Shown piece after piece: positions 19,219 through 28,003 of a stretch of DNA of 44,494 nt. The notes beneath the pieces were generated by a model. The model was given only the letters and a program-made list of their open reading frames with translations. It made no database searches and was not told where the DNA came from. The DNA is from Candidatus Bathyarchaeota archaeon (lineage in GTDB: Archaea; Thermoproteota; Bathyarchaeia; TCS64). A program made the position numbers and the translations under genes. Position 1 is the stretch's first letter, and every line of letters begins with the position of its first letter. Where the stretch lies: the NCBI GenBank assembly GCA_050053595.1, contig JASFTK010000002.1, positions 1-44,494 of the forward strand, read 5' to 3'.

Positions 19219-20640
19219 CTTAGCGTATTCCAGGATGTCCTTGACCCTCAGGATCTCGAGGGTGCTCGTCCTTCCCGGGGCCTCGAGGGTGGAACCTGAG
19301 ACTATCATCACCGCGTCTCCCCCTGCCAGATACCCTTCCTCCACCCCCTCCCTGACCGCCCTGACTAGGAGTAGGTCCCTGTCGTCGGTCCAAGGGATAT
19401 ACAGGCGCTCGACGCCCCAGTAGAGGTGGGTCCTCCTGTTCACCTTAGAACTCCGGGCTACGGAGAGGATCCGGGTCCCCGGCCGGTGCTTGGAGACCAT
19501 ACGGGCGCTGAATCCACTCCTTGTGACAACGATTATCGCGGCGGGGTTCACCGCCCCGGTGGCCCGGGCGGCCAGCTGTCCGATGATGTTGGCGATGGGC
19601 CCCTCGACCCCGCGTGCGTCTACGGCAGGAGGGGCTTTCTCCTCGACGGTCCGGGTGATCCTGTTCATGACCCTGACAGCTTCGACTGGGAAGAGCCCTG
19701 CCGCCGTCTCCCCGGATAACATGACTGCATCCGCTCCGTCTAGGATGGCATTGGCGACATCGCTGGCCTCAGCCCTGGTGGGTCGGGGGTTCGTCACCAT
19801 CGACTCCAGCATCTGAGTCGCCACTATGACGGGTTTACCAGCTTGGTTGCAGAGACTGATGATCCTCTTCTGGAGGAGGGGGACCTCCCACGCCGGGATC
19901 TCGATGCCCAGATCACCCCGGGCAACCATAACGCCGTCGCTGGCCTCGACTATCTCCTCTATGTTCTCTACCGCCTCTTGGTGCTCGATCTTGGAGACCA
20001 CGGGTTGGTCCCCCCCAGCATCCCCTATCAACTCCTTCACCCTGTCGACATCCCCCCTGTCCCTGACGAAGGAGGCCGCGAACCAGTCGCAGACCTCGAC
20101 ACCGAACTCGATGCCCCTGAGATCCGCCTCGGTGGGGGGCCTCAAGGAGAGCTTGGCCCCGGGGGCATTGACCCCCTTGAAGCTGGTCACCTCCCCTCCG
20201 GAGATGACTCTGCCGTTGAAACCCTCTCCATCTGTGTCGACGGAGGCTACCTGGACCTCGATGATGCCGTCGTTTATGAACACGCTGTCCCCGACCCTGA
20301 CCTCGTGGGGGAGATCCGCATAAGAGACTGAGAGTTCCGTTGCGTCGCCGATGATACTCTGGGTTGTGAAGTGGACCAGGTCGCCGGGCTTGAGCCTGAC
20401 TATCCCCTCCACCTCCCCGATCCTGATCTTGGGCCCCGGGAGATCGACAAGGATCGAGATCTCACCCAGATCCCGCAGTTCCTCGGCAACCCCCTCATGA
20501 CTCTTGTAGTCCCCGTGGGAGAGGTTGAGCCGGGCCACATCCATCCCAGCCTCCGCCATCGCCCCCAAGATCTCAGCTCTCTCCGAGGAGGGACCGATGG
20601 TGCAGACGATCTTGGCTCTGACTAAGTCAGCGGCAGCCAT
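19213..20640 (-). CDS. pyk: pyruvate kinase
   Basis: KIVCTIGPSS, ARLNLSHG, IISKIE-like VVSKIEHQEA, MVARGDLGIEIP and MLSGETA motifs. I prefer ATG 20640 over the track start 20673. Confidence 0.9.
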   Translation of the reverse strand: MAAADLVRAKIVCTIGPSSERAEILGAMAEAGMDVARLNLSHGDYKSHEGVAEELRDLGEISILVDLPGPKIRIGEVEGIVRLKPGDLVHFTTQSIIGDATELSVSYADLPHEVRVGDSVFINDGIIEVQVASVDTDGEGFNGRVISGGEVTSFKGVNAPGAKLSLRPPTEADLRGIEFGVEVCDWFAASFVRDRGDVDRVKELIGDAGGDQPVVSKIEHQEAVENIEEIVEASDGVMVARGDLGIEIPAWEVPLLQKRIISLCNQAGKPVIVATQMLESMVTNPRPTRAEASDVANAILDGADAVMLSGETAAGLFPVEAVRVMNRITRTVEEKAPPAVDARGVEGPIANIIGQLAARATGAVNPAAIIVVTRSGFSARMVSKHRPGTRILSVARSSKVNRRTHLYWGVERLYIPWTDDRDLLLVRAVREGVEEGYLAGGDAVMIVSGSTLEAPGRTSTLEILRVKDILEYAKK

Positions 20641-20971
20641 TCTTATCGATCGGAGAAATCCCACACCCCCCATTTAAGAACCTCGAATGGTGACCAGTGT
20701 CAGGCGTGCATAAATACCTTAAATTCCGAGCCCTGTCTCTGGACCGCCAAGGGGAGAGGGAGGGGATGGCCTGCCTACACTTGAGCCCTGAGAAACTGAG
20801 GATGACCGACCGGAAGTGGAGACTAGACATCACCTTGACCCTGTGCAGGGACTGTGCCAGGGTCCTGTCCATCGACCTATACCGCTGGCAAGATGGGATA
20901 GAGACCGCCACCCTAGGACCCCATCAGAAACCATTTATTAGTCAAGGGACGCCATTCCCCCCTGATGAGGA

Positions 20972-21271
20972 ATGGTCTACTGCAACAATTGCGGCGCCTT
21001 GAACGACGATGACACGGATTACTGCAAGAGCTGCGGTCAGTCGCTCCGGACTCGCCGTCCAGTGGGCTTCAGCAGATACGACCGGTCTCTCTGCTTCGGC
21101 GTGCCGATGCAAGGCCATCTCTTAGGACTGGTCCTAGGCTTCATCCTCGTCCTCTGGGGGCTCTCAGAGCTCCTCAACCTACAGATACAACTATGGGCTC
21201 TGGTGGTGATCTGCTTCGGCGTGCTAATCATACTGAACGTGCTGAGGAGACCCGACAGCAGATACCGCTGA
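20972..21271 (+). CDS. zinc-ribbon domain membrane protein
   Basis: MVYCNNCGALNDDDTDYCKSCG (CxxC...CxxC) followed by two hydrophobic helices. It is convergent with the MoxR block, with only 12 nt between stops. Confidence 0.6.
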   Translation: MVYCNNCGALNDDDTDYCKSCGQSLRTRRPVGFSRYDRSLCFGVPMQGHLLGLVLGFILVLWGLSELLNLQIQLWALVVICFGVLIILNVLRRPDSRYR

Positions 21272-21283
21272 AGACCCCGGTTC

Positions 21284-22021
21284 TCACACACCCTCATGGA
21301 CCTCAATGGCTCCCATCCTCTCCCCTCTCAGGTAGAGGATGATGCCCGCCGCTATGAGGAAGATGCAGACCACCCCGACGATTATGTGGGGGTAGGGCAG
21401 CCCGTGGATCTCCCCCCTCAACAGACGGTTCACATAAGGTGCACCGTAGTAGACCCCTGCGCAGGCGAGGGAGGACCCTACGACGAGTTGGGCGAGGTAG
21501 ATCATCTGACCCTTGGAGACCTCGTCGACGTCCATTTCTAAGGCCCCCCGTCCCTCCAACTCCTCCCTGAGTCCCCGGAACCTCACAGTGTATCTCAGGG
21601 TGAGATAGGTGGCCTGCAGTAGGAGGCCTACTCCGAAGATCCAGAGAGTGGATATATTTATGGTGGGGTCGTAGGGGAAGATGAGATTTATCCAGTTGAA
21701 GGTGGAGACATCCAGGACACTGGGGAAGAACATCAGCATGTTGAGGCTGAAGAGTCTGCCGAAGCCCGCCTCATCCCCCCGGCGCCAGAAGAGGAAGGAG
21801 AGGGCCATCGCCATCCCCAGGAGGAGCAGGTCCACGACCGCCTCCCCCGTCTCAGGGGTCTGAGCCCCGCCCAGGGAGGACACGAGGGGTCCCATAACCA
21901 ACATTACCCACGGCCTCACCTCCGCGTAGAGGCTGGTCCTGACCATGGTGACCGCCGCTATGTAGGTCGAGGCCAGTGTGACCCCGAGCTCCGTCGTCCT
22001 TATGTAGGCTTCCGTCCTCAT
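21284..22021 (-). CDS. polytopic membrane protein (about 7 TM), last gene of the MoxR block, no family recognised
   Basis: The sequence is strongly hydrophobic with a charged loop RFRGLREELEGRGALEMDVDE. The start ATG lies 1 nt after the DUF58 stop. Confidence 0.6.
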   Translation of the reverse strand: MRTEAYIRTTELGVTLASTYIAAVTMVRTSLYAEVRPWVMLVMGPLVSSLGGAQTPETGEAVVDLLLLGMAMALSFLFWRRGDEAGFGRLFSLNMLMFFPSVLDVSTFNWINLIFPYDPTINISTLWIFGVGLLLQATYLTLRYTVRFRGLREELEGRGALEMDVDEVSKGQMIYLAQLVVGSSLACAGVYYGAPYVNRLLRGEIHGLPYPHIIVGVVCIFLIAAGIILYLRGERMGAIEVHEGV

Positions 22022-22022
22022 C

Positions 22023-23480
22023 TCATGCCCCCTGTTTGATCAGCGCTTGCGCAAAGCTCTGGGTCACTGGGTTCCAGTTCACCACGGTAACCCCCATCCC
22101 CCTCAGACTCGCGATCAGGGGCTTATTCCTGAAATCCAACAGGTCTGCTGCTATCCCCTCCACGTCCTTCTGGGCCGCGATGTTGTACCCTTGGACGTTG
22201 AAGATCAGTATGGATGGCCGCTTCCTGAGCCTCCCCACGTACTTGTAGAGCTCCCGTATCCCCTCGTAGAGCGCTTCAGCCTTGGAGGCGTCAAGCATGG
22301 TGATTATGATGAACAGGGGTAGGGTGCCCACGATGTGGCGGTGGCAGCTGTGGATCGCCTCCTTGAGTGACTCTCCACCGTACCTTATGTCTACGTTGAG
22401 CATCTCCCGCATGATCCTGTACTGCTGCTTCTTCCCCGTGTCCGGGAACAGTATGGAGGTGAATGATGACCTCCCGGGCTCCCCAGGCTCCTCGGAGGGT
22501 TCATCGCCGTTCATGGCTGGCTCCATCTGCTCGACGCCGAAGAAGGCGACGTCCAGATCCAGCTCCTCCCGGGGCTTCTGGTAGGTCCCCTCCCACTCGT
22601 GGGCGTTGTAGTCGTAGATGCAGAGCCCCACCTGGCACTCCCGGCTCAGGTAGAAGTCCGCGAGGCCCAGCGTCGCGCGGACTGCGTACTCCATGGTGTT
22701 CTTGACGGTGGTCCCCAGGGCCATGTGGGTGGCGCTGTCCAGGAAGATCCAGACCATCTTTTTCCCCTCCTTCTCGTACTCGTTGACTTGGAGGGCGGAG
22801 GGTGAGGAGGAGAGCCTTCGGGCCGTCACCTTCCAGTTGATGCTCCGGTAGGTGTCCCCAGGCTGGTAGTCCCGGACCTCCCGGAAGTCGGTGGTGGGGA
22901 AGCCGAACTTTATCCTCGCCTCCATGGGCATAGGTATCTTGGTGATGGCCTTCCTCTCCCGTATACGCTTCACAAACAGCGGCATGGGTTGGACGATGTA
23001 CTCCCGGGGCGCGGCGGCCTTCCCCAGGACATTCTCGGTGATCTGGAGGGGGTGGCGAGTCTCGTACTCAACCCCGTCTATCTCGTAGTGCCCCCTCTTG
23101 GCGCACGTGGCGGTGTAACCGATGTTCTCCACCCGCTCGGTGACCCCCTTCCAGATGAACTTGACGTTGGTCCCCTCGTCGAGGCTGAAGCTCGGGGGGA
23201 GGGGGTCCCTGAACCCTACGAGGCCCACGCCCCCTCTCACCGTGACCCTTAGACTGTCCTTGACCTGATTGTCAACCCAGACCTTCTGATCCTCCCCTCC
23301 CCGGGTGACCTCCACCTCCCTGGGCTGTCCAATGAGGATGCCGAGAGCGAGGAAGACGATGGGGAAGAGGCCCAAGACGATGAGGATCAGGTTCCCCAGG
23401 AACATTCCCATCACTATGAACGTGACCCCGCTCACAACGAGTTCCTGGGTGTCCCTGGTGATCAAAGACTCACCTTTCAC
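22023..23480 (-). CDS. DUF58 domain protein (vWA-like, MoxR partner) with an N-terminal TM hairpin
   Basis: FREVRDYQPGDTYRSINWKVTARR is the DUF58 signature, followed by a vWA-like beta strand VWIFLDSATHM. The GTG start overlaps the MoxR stop by 11 nt. Confidence 0.8.
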   Translation of the reverse strand: MKGESLITRDTQELVVSGVTFIVMGMFLGNLILIVLGLFPIVFLALGILIGQPREVEVTRGGEDQKVWVDNQVKDSLRVTVRGGVGLVGFRDPLPPSFSLDEGTNVKFIWKGVTERVENIGYTATCAKRGHYEIDGVEYETRHPLQITENVLGKAAAPREYIVQPMPLFVKRIRERKAITKIPMPMEARIKFGFPTTDFREVRDYQPGDTYRSINWKVTARRLSSSPSALQVNEYEKEGKKMVWIFLDSATHMALGTTVKNTMEYAVRATLGLADFYLSRECQVGLCIYDYNAHEWEGTYQKPREELDLDVAFFGVEQMEPAMNGDEPSEEPGEPGRSSFTSILFPDTGKKQQYRIMREMLNVDIRYGGESLKEAIHSCHRHIVGTLPLFIIITMLDASKAEALYEGIRELYKYVGRLRKRPSILIFNVQGYNIAAQKDVEGIAADLLDFRNKPLIASLRGMGVTVVNWNPVTQSFAQALIKQGA

Positions 23481-24447
23481 TGATGAACTGTTTAGGTACC
23501 TCGATCTTGTCCAATATCTCCTTCAATAACGCCTCGACGCTGAAGGTCCCCTCAATGGCATACTCCATCTTCATGATCATCCGGTGTCCCAAGGCGTCGT
23601 TGACAAACATCTTGACATCATCGGGGGTGACGAACCCCCGCCCCGATATCGCGGCGTGAGCCCTCGCTACCTTCAAGAGAGACAGGCCCCCTCTGGGGCT
23701 GGCTCCCACCTCGATCATCGGGTGGTCACGGGTGAGGCGGACTATGTCGCTGATGTAGTCGATGATCTGGTCATCGACGTAGATCTCGTTCTCTATGAAC
23801 TGCTGCATAGCCACGAAGAGCGGCTGGTCGGTGACGGGTTTGATGAGGTCGGTGGGGTCGTCCCTCCTCCAGCCGATGCGGCGCTTCAGTATGAGGCTCT
23901 CCTCATCCTTGGTGGGGACGTAGCCCATGCTGAGCTTGAGGAGGAACCTGTCCATCTGGGCTTCTGGCAGGGGGTAGGTTCCCTCCAACTCGATGGGGTT
24001 CTGGGTGGCGATGACGAAGAAGGGAGGGCTCAGCTTGTGGGTCTCCCCCTCGATGGTGACCTGCCGCTCCTCCATAGCCTCAAGGAGGGCGGACTGGGTT
24101 TTCGGCGGCGACCGGTTGATCTCGTCCGCCAGCAGTATATTGGTGAATATCGGCCCCTTCTCAAGGACGAATCTGGACTCTTTCATCTTCCAGACCCGGG
24201 TGCCCAGTATATCGGCCGCCATCAGGTCTGGGGTGAACTGGACCCGTCCCCAGATGCAGCCTGTTACCCTGGCGAAGGTCTTCGCGAGGAGGGTCTTACC
24301 CAGTCCTGGATAGTCCTCGAATAATACGTGGCCGTTGGCCATACTCGCCGCCAGCATCTTACGGAGCAGCAGCTTGTTCCCTACGAAGTACCTGCTTATA
24401 CCGTCGAGTATGTTGGTGCAGACGTCCTTTACTTCCCAAACATTCAT
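23470..24447 (-). CDS. MoxR-family AAA+ ATPase
   Basis: GHVLFEDYPGLGKTLLAKTFA (Walker A), LLADEINRSPPKTQSALLEAMEE (Walker B), ATQNP and the C-terminal lid SPRG. AAGGAG lies 12 nt upstream of the ATG. Confidence 0.9.
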   Translation of the reverse strand: MNVWEVKDVCTNILDGISRYFVGNKLLLRKMLAASMANGHVLFEDYPGLGKTLLAKTFARVTGCIWGRVQFTPDLMAADILGTRVWKMKESRFVLEKGPIFTNILLADEINRSPPKTQSALLEAMEERQVTIEGETHKLSPPFFVIATQNPIELEGTYPLPEAQMDRFLLKLSMGYVPTKDEESLILKRRIGWRRDDPTDLIKPVTDQPLFVAMQQFIENEIYVDDQIIDYISDIVRLTRDHPMIEVGASPRGGLSLLKVARAHAAISGRGFVTPDDVKMFVNDALGHRMIMKMEYAIEGTFSVEALLKEILDKIEVPKQFISER

Positions 24448-24472
24448 CCTATCAACACTCCTTCTGCGTTCA

Positions 24473-25687
24473 CTATCCCGTTAAAGCCTCCTGTTGCATG
24501 GGCGCTGTCTGTGTGCCCGGGTGCTCAGGCTCTGTCGGAGGTATTATCCTACCTATGGTCCTCTGGAGTAGGTCGAGGCGTCTGAGCCTGTTCCTCTCAT
24601 CTATCACCTTGCTCCGTCCCGAGGGGGCGAGGTTTGGTCTTTCCTCGTCCTTGTAGTTGATGATGCCCCCGAGGAGATCGGAGATCTCTTCGTCGCTGAC
24701 CTGGTTCTCGTGGAGGAAGAGGGTGAGCTTCACGAGGAGCCTCTCCCGTTGGCCCCGTTCGACAAAGTCGTTTATGACCTCTGTGAATCCCACGAATCTG
24801 TCACCCTTGTAGGTGGTGATCTCCTGCTTGTGTTTCTTCCACTCCCCGAAGCGGTTTCTCACCATGATTGAGCCCTGCATACCCCGTCGCATAACAGTGA
24901 ATATGATGGCCCCGAGGATGCAGATACCCGTCCACTCTATGTAGGGGCTCAGGTTCTTGATGCCTGGGGCGTATGCAGAGAGGCCACCGAGGAAGAATCC
25001 GTAGTAGAGGGCCCCGATGAGGCTGAGGGAGACGGAGAATAGGTAGTTGGAGGCGATGCCGCCCATCGCTGCGAGGTAGGTGTTCTGTGAGGACTTGAAG
25101 ACCGCGAGGAATGTGAAGACCCCGGCTATGGTGATGCCCAGGCTCACGAAGCTAGTGATCCCTTCCGCCATCCCCGGGGGCATTGTGGCCCCGCTCATCC
25201 CAATGAGGAGGGAGATGAGCCTCAGTATGATCTGACCCTCAAGGAAGATGGTGGCGCTTATAGTCGCCGCTTTGAGGGCCATAGACCCTCTCAGCCTAGC
25301 AACCGTTGAGATGATATTGTAGAGCAGGAGGATGCCGAAGGCGGCGGCGAGGAGATAGCCCGCCCTGGAATAGAGCTGACCGGGTTGGAGGACCAGGAAC
25401 AGGGCGAAGAACGATGCGAATCCAGCCGCGTAGAGGGTGCCCGACAGGACCTCGGCGAGGACACCTTCCAGGGCGATGCTGAGGACGCTGGCGATGTAGA
25501 ACGTGGTGATACAGGCGAGGAGTGGGATGAGGATCACATCGAGATCCGTTGCAGCCATCTGGGGGGACATGGGCAGGAACTTCCCGAGATCCCCCAGGGA
25601 CAGCTCGTTGAAGTATATGAGCCACCCTAGTATGCCGGCGAATAAGCCGTAGATCACGGTCCTGCGGAGGAAGGCTCTCCTATCCAT
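24473..25687 (-). CDS. polytopic membrane protein (about 9 TM) with a roughly 120-aa soluble C-terminal domain, no family recognised
   Basis: Hydrophobicity pattern. The ATG overlaps the upstream TGase stop by 8 nt (ATGGATAG). Confidence 0.65.
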   Translation of the reverse strand: MDRRAFLRRTVIYGLFAGILGWLIYFNELSLGDLGKFLPMSPQMAATDLDVILIPLLACITTFYIASVLSIALEGVLAEVLSGTLYAAGFASFFALFLVLQPGQLYSRAGYLLAAAFGILLLYNIISTVARLRGSMALKAATISATIFLEGQIILRLISLLIGMSGATMPPGMAEGITSFVSLGITIAGVFTFLAVFKSSQNTYLAAMGGIASNYLFSVSLSLIGALYYGFFLGGLSAYAPGIKNLSPYIEWTGICILGAIIFTVMRRGMQGSIMVRNRFGEWKKHKQEITTYKGDRFVGFTEVINDFVERGQRERLLVKLTLFLHENQVSDEEISDLLGGIINYKDEERPNLAPSGRSKVIDERNRLRRLDLLQRTIGRIIPPTEPEHPGTQTAPMQQEALTG

Positions 25688-27755
25688 ACTCCATCAATCC
25701 ATCAAGCAGCTCCACCGCAGCGAGGCTCTTCTCATACATCTCCTGCCCGATCTCCGACGTGCTATAATCGGCTATCTCAAAGGCTGTCACCAAGTATTCC
25801 AGTGCCTTATCCCCCTTCTCAGGGATGCTCATGAGAACAGCGGCTTGGAACTCCCTGGGGGTCATACTGTCCTCGATATCCTCCAACTTACTGTCTGATC
25901 TATTGTAGAACCAGTTGAAGAGTTTCACGACCCCGTCCCTGTAATTCTTGAAGTCCCGGGGCATCTCCTCCCTGAAGACCTTCACAGGGACGGAGCGCTC
26001 GGCTTCCTCTTCCTTCCTCCTGGTGATAAACAGGACACTCCCGATGATGATAGCCACCCCCGCGAAGGTGATGACATTGTAGGGATATGTGGTGATGATC
26101 ATGAACAGTCCAGGCTTCGGCTCAGGCGGCGGTCTCACGGCGATACCGAAGCTGCTGTTGGAGCCCAGGTAATATTCGGACCCCTCCATCTCAACCCTTA
26201 AGGTCTCATTCCCCTCAGCCCTGAATGTGTGGACAGTGCTGGCCCGCCCTCTCCCGTCGGTCAGGAAGGTCATAGTCTCGTTCCCCACCTGGAGGGTGAG
26301 GCTGGTGTTTGCAATGGGCTCCCCGTTGGATTTGTCGACCACAGTCCCCTCGATGGTGACGCTCCTGTTGACGAAGGTCATGGCTGGGGCGCTTATGGTC
26401 GCCTCGGTCTCGGTCATGATCGTGATGGGCGGGTCGCTCCAGGACTCCTCGTAGATCCCCCCTGGGAAGGTATGGGCGATCAGGTTGTAATCCCCCACCA
26501 TGAGCTCAGGGGAAGCCTCGCAGCTTAGGTTGAAGAACCCGTCGTGGACTATGCCGGTACCGCAGGGGGTGTCGGTATCATTCTTCCTGAAGGTGAGGAA
26601 GACCTCGACGGTTAAGCCGTCGACTGAGGAGCCGTTGTGCTCCAATGTGACTGTCCCGTGGACCTGGAAACTGTCCCCCTTGAGCACCATGGGGTCGTTG
26701 TAGGTGATGTTGGTGACTGTCGGGTAGGTCATCACCTCCTGGGGTCTCTCCTCTGTCCTCGGAGGGGTGGCGTCGAAGGTGATCCAACCCAGCCCCTCGA
26801 AGTGGGCCTCGGCCCAGATATGCGCGTCTTTCTGCTTCACGATCTGGTAGTTGGATTCAGCCTCGATGGAATAGCCTCCGACAGGCCGGATGGGGATGCC
26901 GATGCTCCGGGCTAGGAGGACCATCGCCGTGTTGAACTGGTTGCACATCCCCTTCCTCTCCTCGAATAGGAACCACTCCACCGGATCACTCCCATTAGGA
27001 GCCCGCTCATACCCCTCATCGTACTCGTAATTGCCCATGAGATAATCCTCAAGGGCTCTGAGACGCCCGTACGGCGAGGAGTGACCCTCAACAATCCCCG
27101 ATGCTAGACCGGCAAACCGTCTCTCCAGCTCCTCGGGGACTTGGAGGTATCTGTCGGAGGGGGTGACCTTCGCGGCCTCCAGGGTGCTCCTGGGGAAGGT
27201 GTAGACGGCATGGCCTATACCATAGCCCCAGTCGAACTCCTCTGGGGAGGAGAAGAGTTCAAGGTGGCTGTTACGCTCCAGGGTCTCAAGCCCCCCCACC
27301 CTGATGGTTTTGAGGGTCCCGGGGAGGGGACCGCTGAGGTTGAAGAAAGGTCTCACAGTGAAGAAATGGGCCCCCTCGAAACCCGTATCCCCGGCCTCGG
27401 GTGTCAATTCCTCCCCTGCGTATCCGGTCCACTGTCCCTGCTCAGAGGGCTCCCACTCTCCCCCCTCATATCTTTCCCCTATCGTCCACCTGAGGTATTC
27501 GGTGCCAGTGGGGTAAGTGATCTCGAACAGGACGCTCTCCCCATCCGGCGGTAACGACTCGACCTTGACGGCCTGGCCCTCCCCCCTCTCACCCTCAACC
27601 CTCTCTCCGCCCGCCTCGACACTGTCCACGGGCCTGGTCCCGGTCTGGAACTCCAGGTCGGTTATGTCGCCAAGGATGTCTATGGCGACGGACATGAGTC
27701 CGACGGAGAAGAGGAGCACGACTAGGAACGCCGCTAGCTTCTGATAACCCTTCAT
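25680..27755 (-). CDS. membrane-anchored transglutaminase-like (papain-fold) protein with a DUF4129-like cytoplasmic tail
   Basis: An N-terminal anchor, then the TGase core with Cys (KGMCNQFNTAMVLLARSIG), His (DAHIWAEAH) and Asp (WITFDATP). A beta-rich region follows, then a TM helix (VITFAGVAIIIGSVLFI) and a tail with TPREFQAAV...FEIADYS. Confidence 0.8.
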   Translation of the reverse strand: MKGYQKLAAFLVVLLFSVGLMSVAIDILGDITDLEFQTGTRPVDSVEAGGERVEGERGEGQAVKVESLPPDGESVLFEITYPTGTEYLRWTIGERYEGGEWEPSEQGQWTGYAGEELTPEAGDTGFEGAHFFTVRPFFNLSGPLPGTLKTIRVGGLETLERNSHLELFSSPEEFDWGYGIGHAVYTFPRSTLEAAKVTPSDRYLQVPEELERRFAGLASGIVEGHSSPYGRLRALEDYLMGNYEYDEGYERAPNGSDPVEWFLFEERKGMCNQFNTAMVLLARSIGIPIRPVGGYSIEAESNYQIVKQKDAHIWAEAHFEGLGWITFDATPPRTEERPQEVMTYPTVTNITYNDPMVLKGDSFQVHGTVTLEHNGSSVDGLTVEVFLTFRKNDTDTPCGTGIVHDGFFNLSCEASPELMVGDYNLIAHTFPGGIYEESWSDPPITIMTETEATISAPAMTFVNRSVTIEGTVVDKSNGEPIANTSLTLQVGNETMTFLTDGRGRASTVHTFRAEGNETLRVEMEGSEYYLGSNSSFGIAVRPPPEPKPGLFMIITTYPYNVITFAGVAIIIGSVLFITRRKEEEAERSVPVKVFREEMPRDFKNYRDGVVKLFNWFYNRSDSKLEDIEDSMTPREFQAAVLMSIPEKGDKALEYLVTAFEIADYSTSEIGQEMYEKSLAAVELLDGLMEYG

Positions 27756-28003
27756 CCGTCCAGATATCCCCTTCCAGAGTTTTATCTCTTATTGGACAAA
27801 CCGCTTGGTTTAGCGCTCTCGATTATGGAAGGGCTACCACAGGATTTTAACGTGCCGTGCATTATCGAGGCTAACATGGCTACTTATTTTAAGGAACCGA
27901 GTCATAGATCAGGACCCTTGAGACGTTCCCAGCCTAAATTTCAATACACCTGATCTTATATCCCCACGAACCCTTTAAGGCCCTAAAACCGCACCTTCCC
28001 TGT

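Noticed and set aside
20780-20970. Possible box C/D sRNA (CTGA / GGATGAC at about 20795-20806; CTGATGA at 20962-20968)
   Set aside because: No properly spaced C (RUGAUGA), D', C', D (CUGA) set within 50-70 nt. The CTGATGAGG next to ATG 20972 is more simply a ribosome-binding region.
20627-21002. Track ORFs of 94 aa (-) and 101 aa (+) covering the long pyk / zinc-ribbon spacer
   Set aside because: Neither has recognisable motifs. The + ORF runs through TATA-like boxes and overlaps the zinc-ribbon gene out of frame. I treat the region as non-coding (see findings).
23584-24324. 246-aa ORF antisense to moxR
   Set aside because: A shadow ORF. The MoxR Walker A and B motifs on the minus strand are unambiguous.
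27825-27953. 42-codon ORF (MEGLPQDFNVPCIIEANMATYF...) in the 248-nt divergent spacer between the TGase block and the deiminase-like gene
   Set aside because: The region is A/T-rich and promoter-like. There is no ribosome-binding or TATA geometry for the ORF, and no recognisable peptide features.
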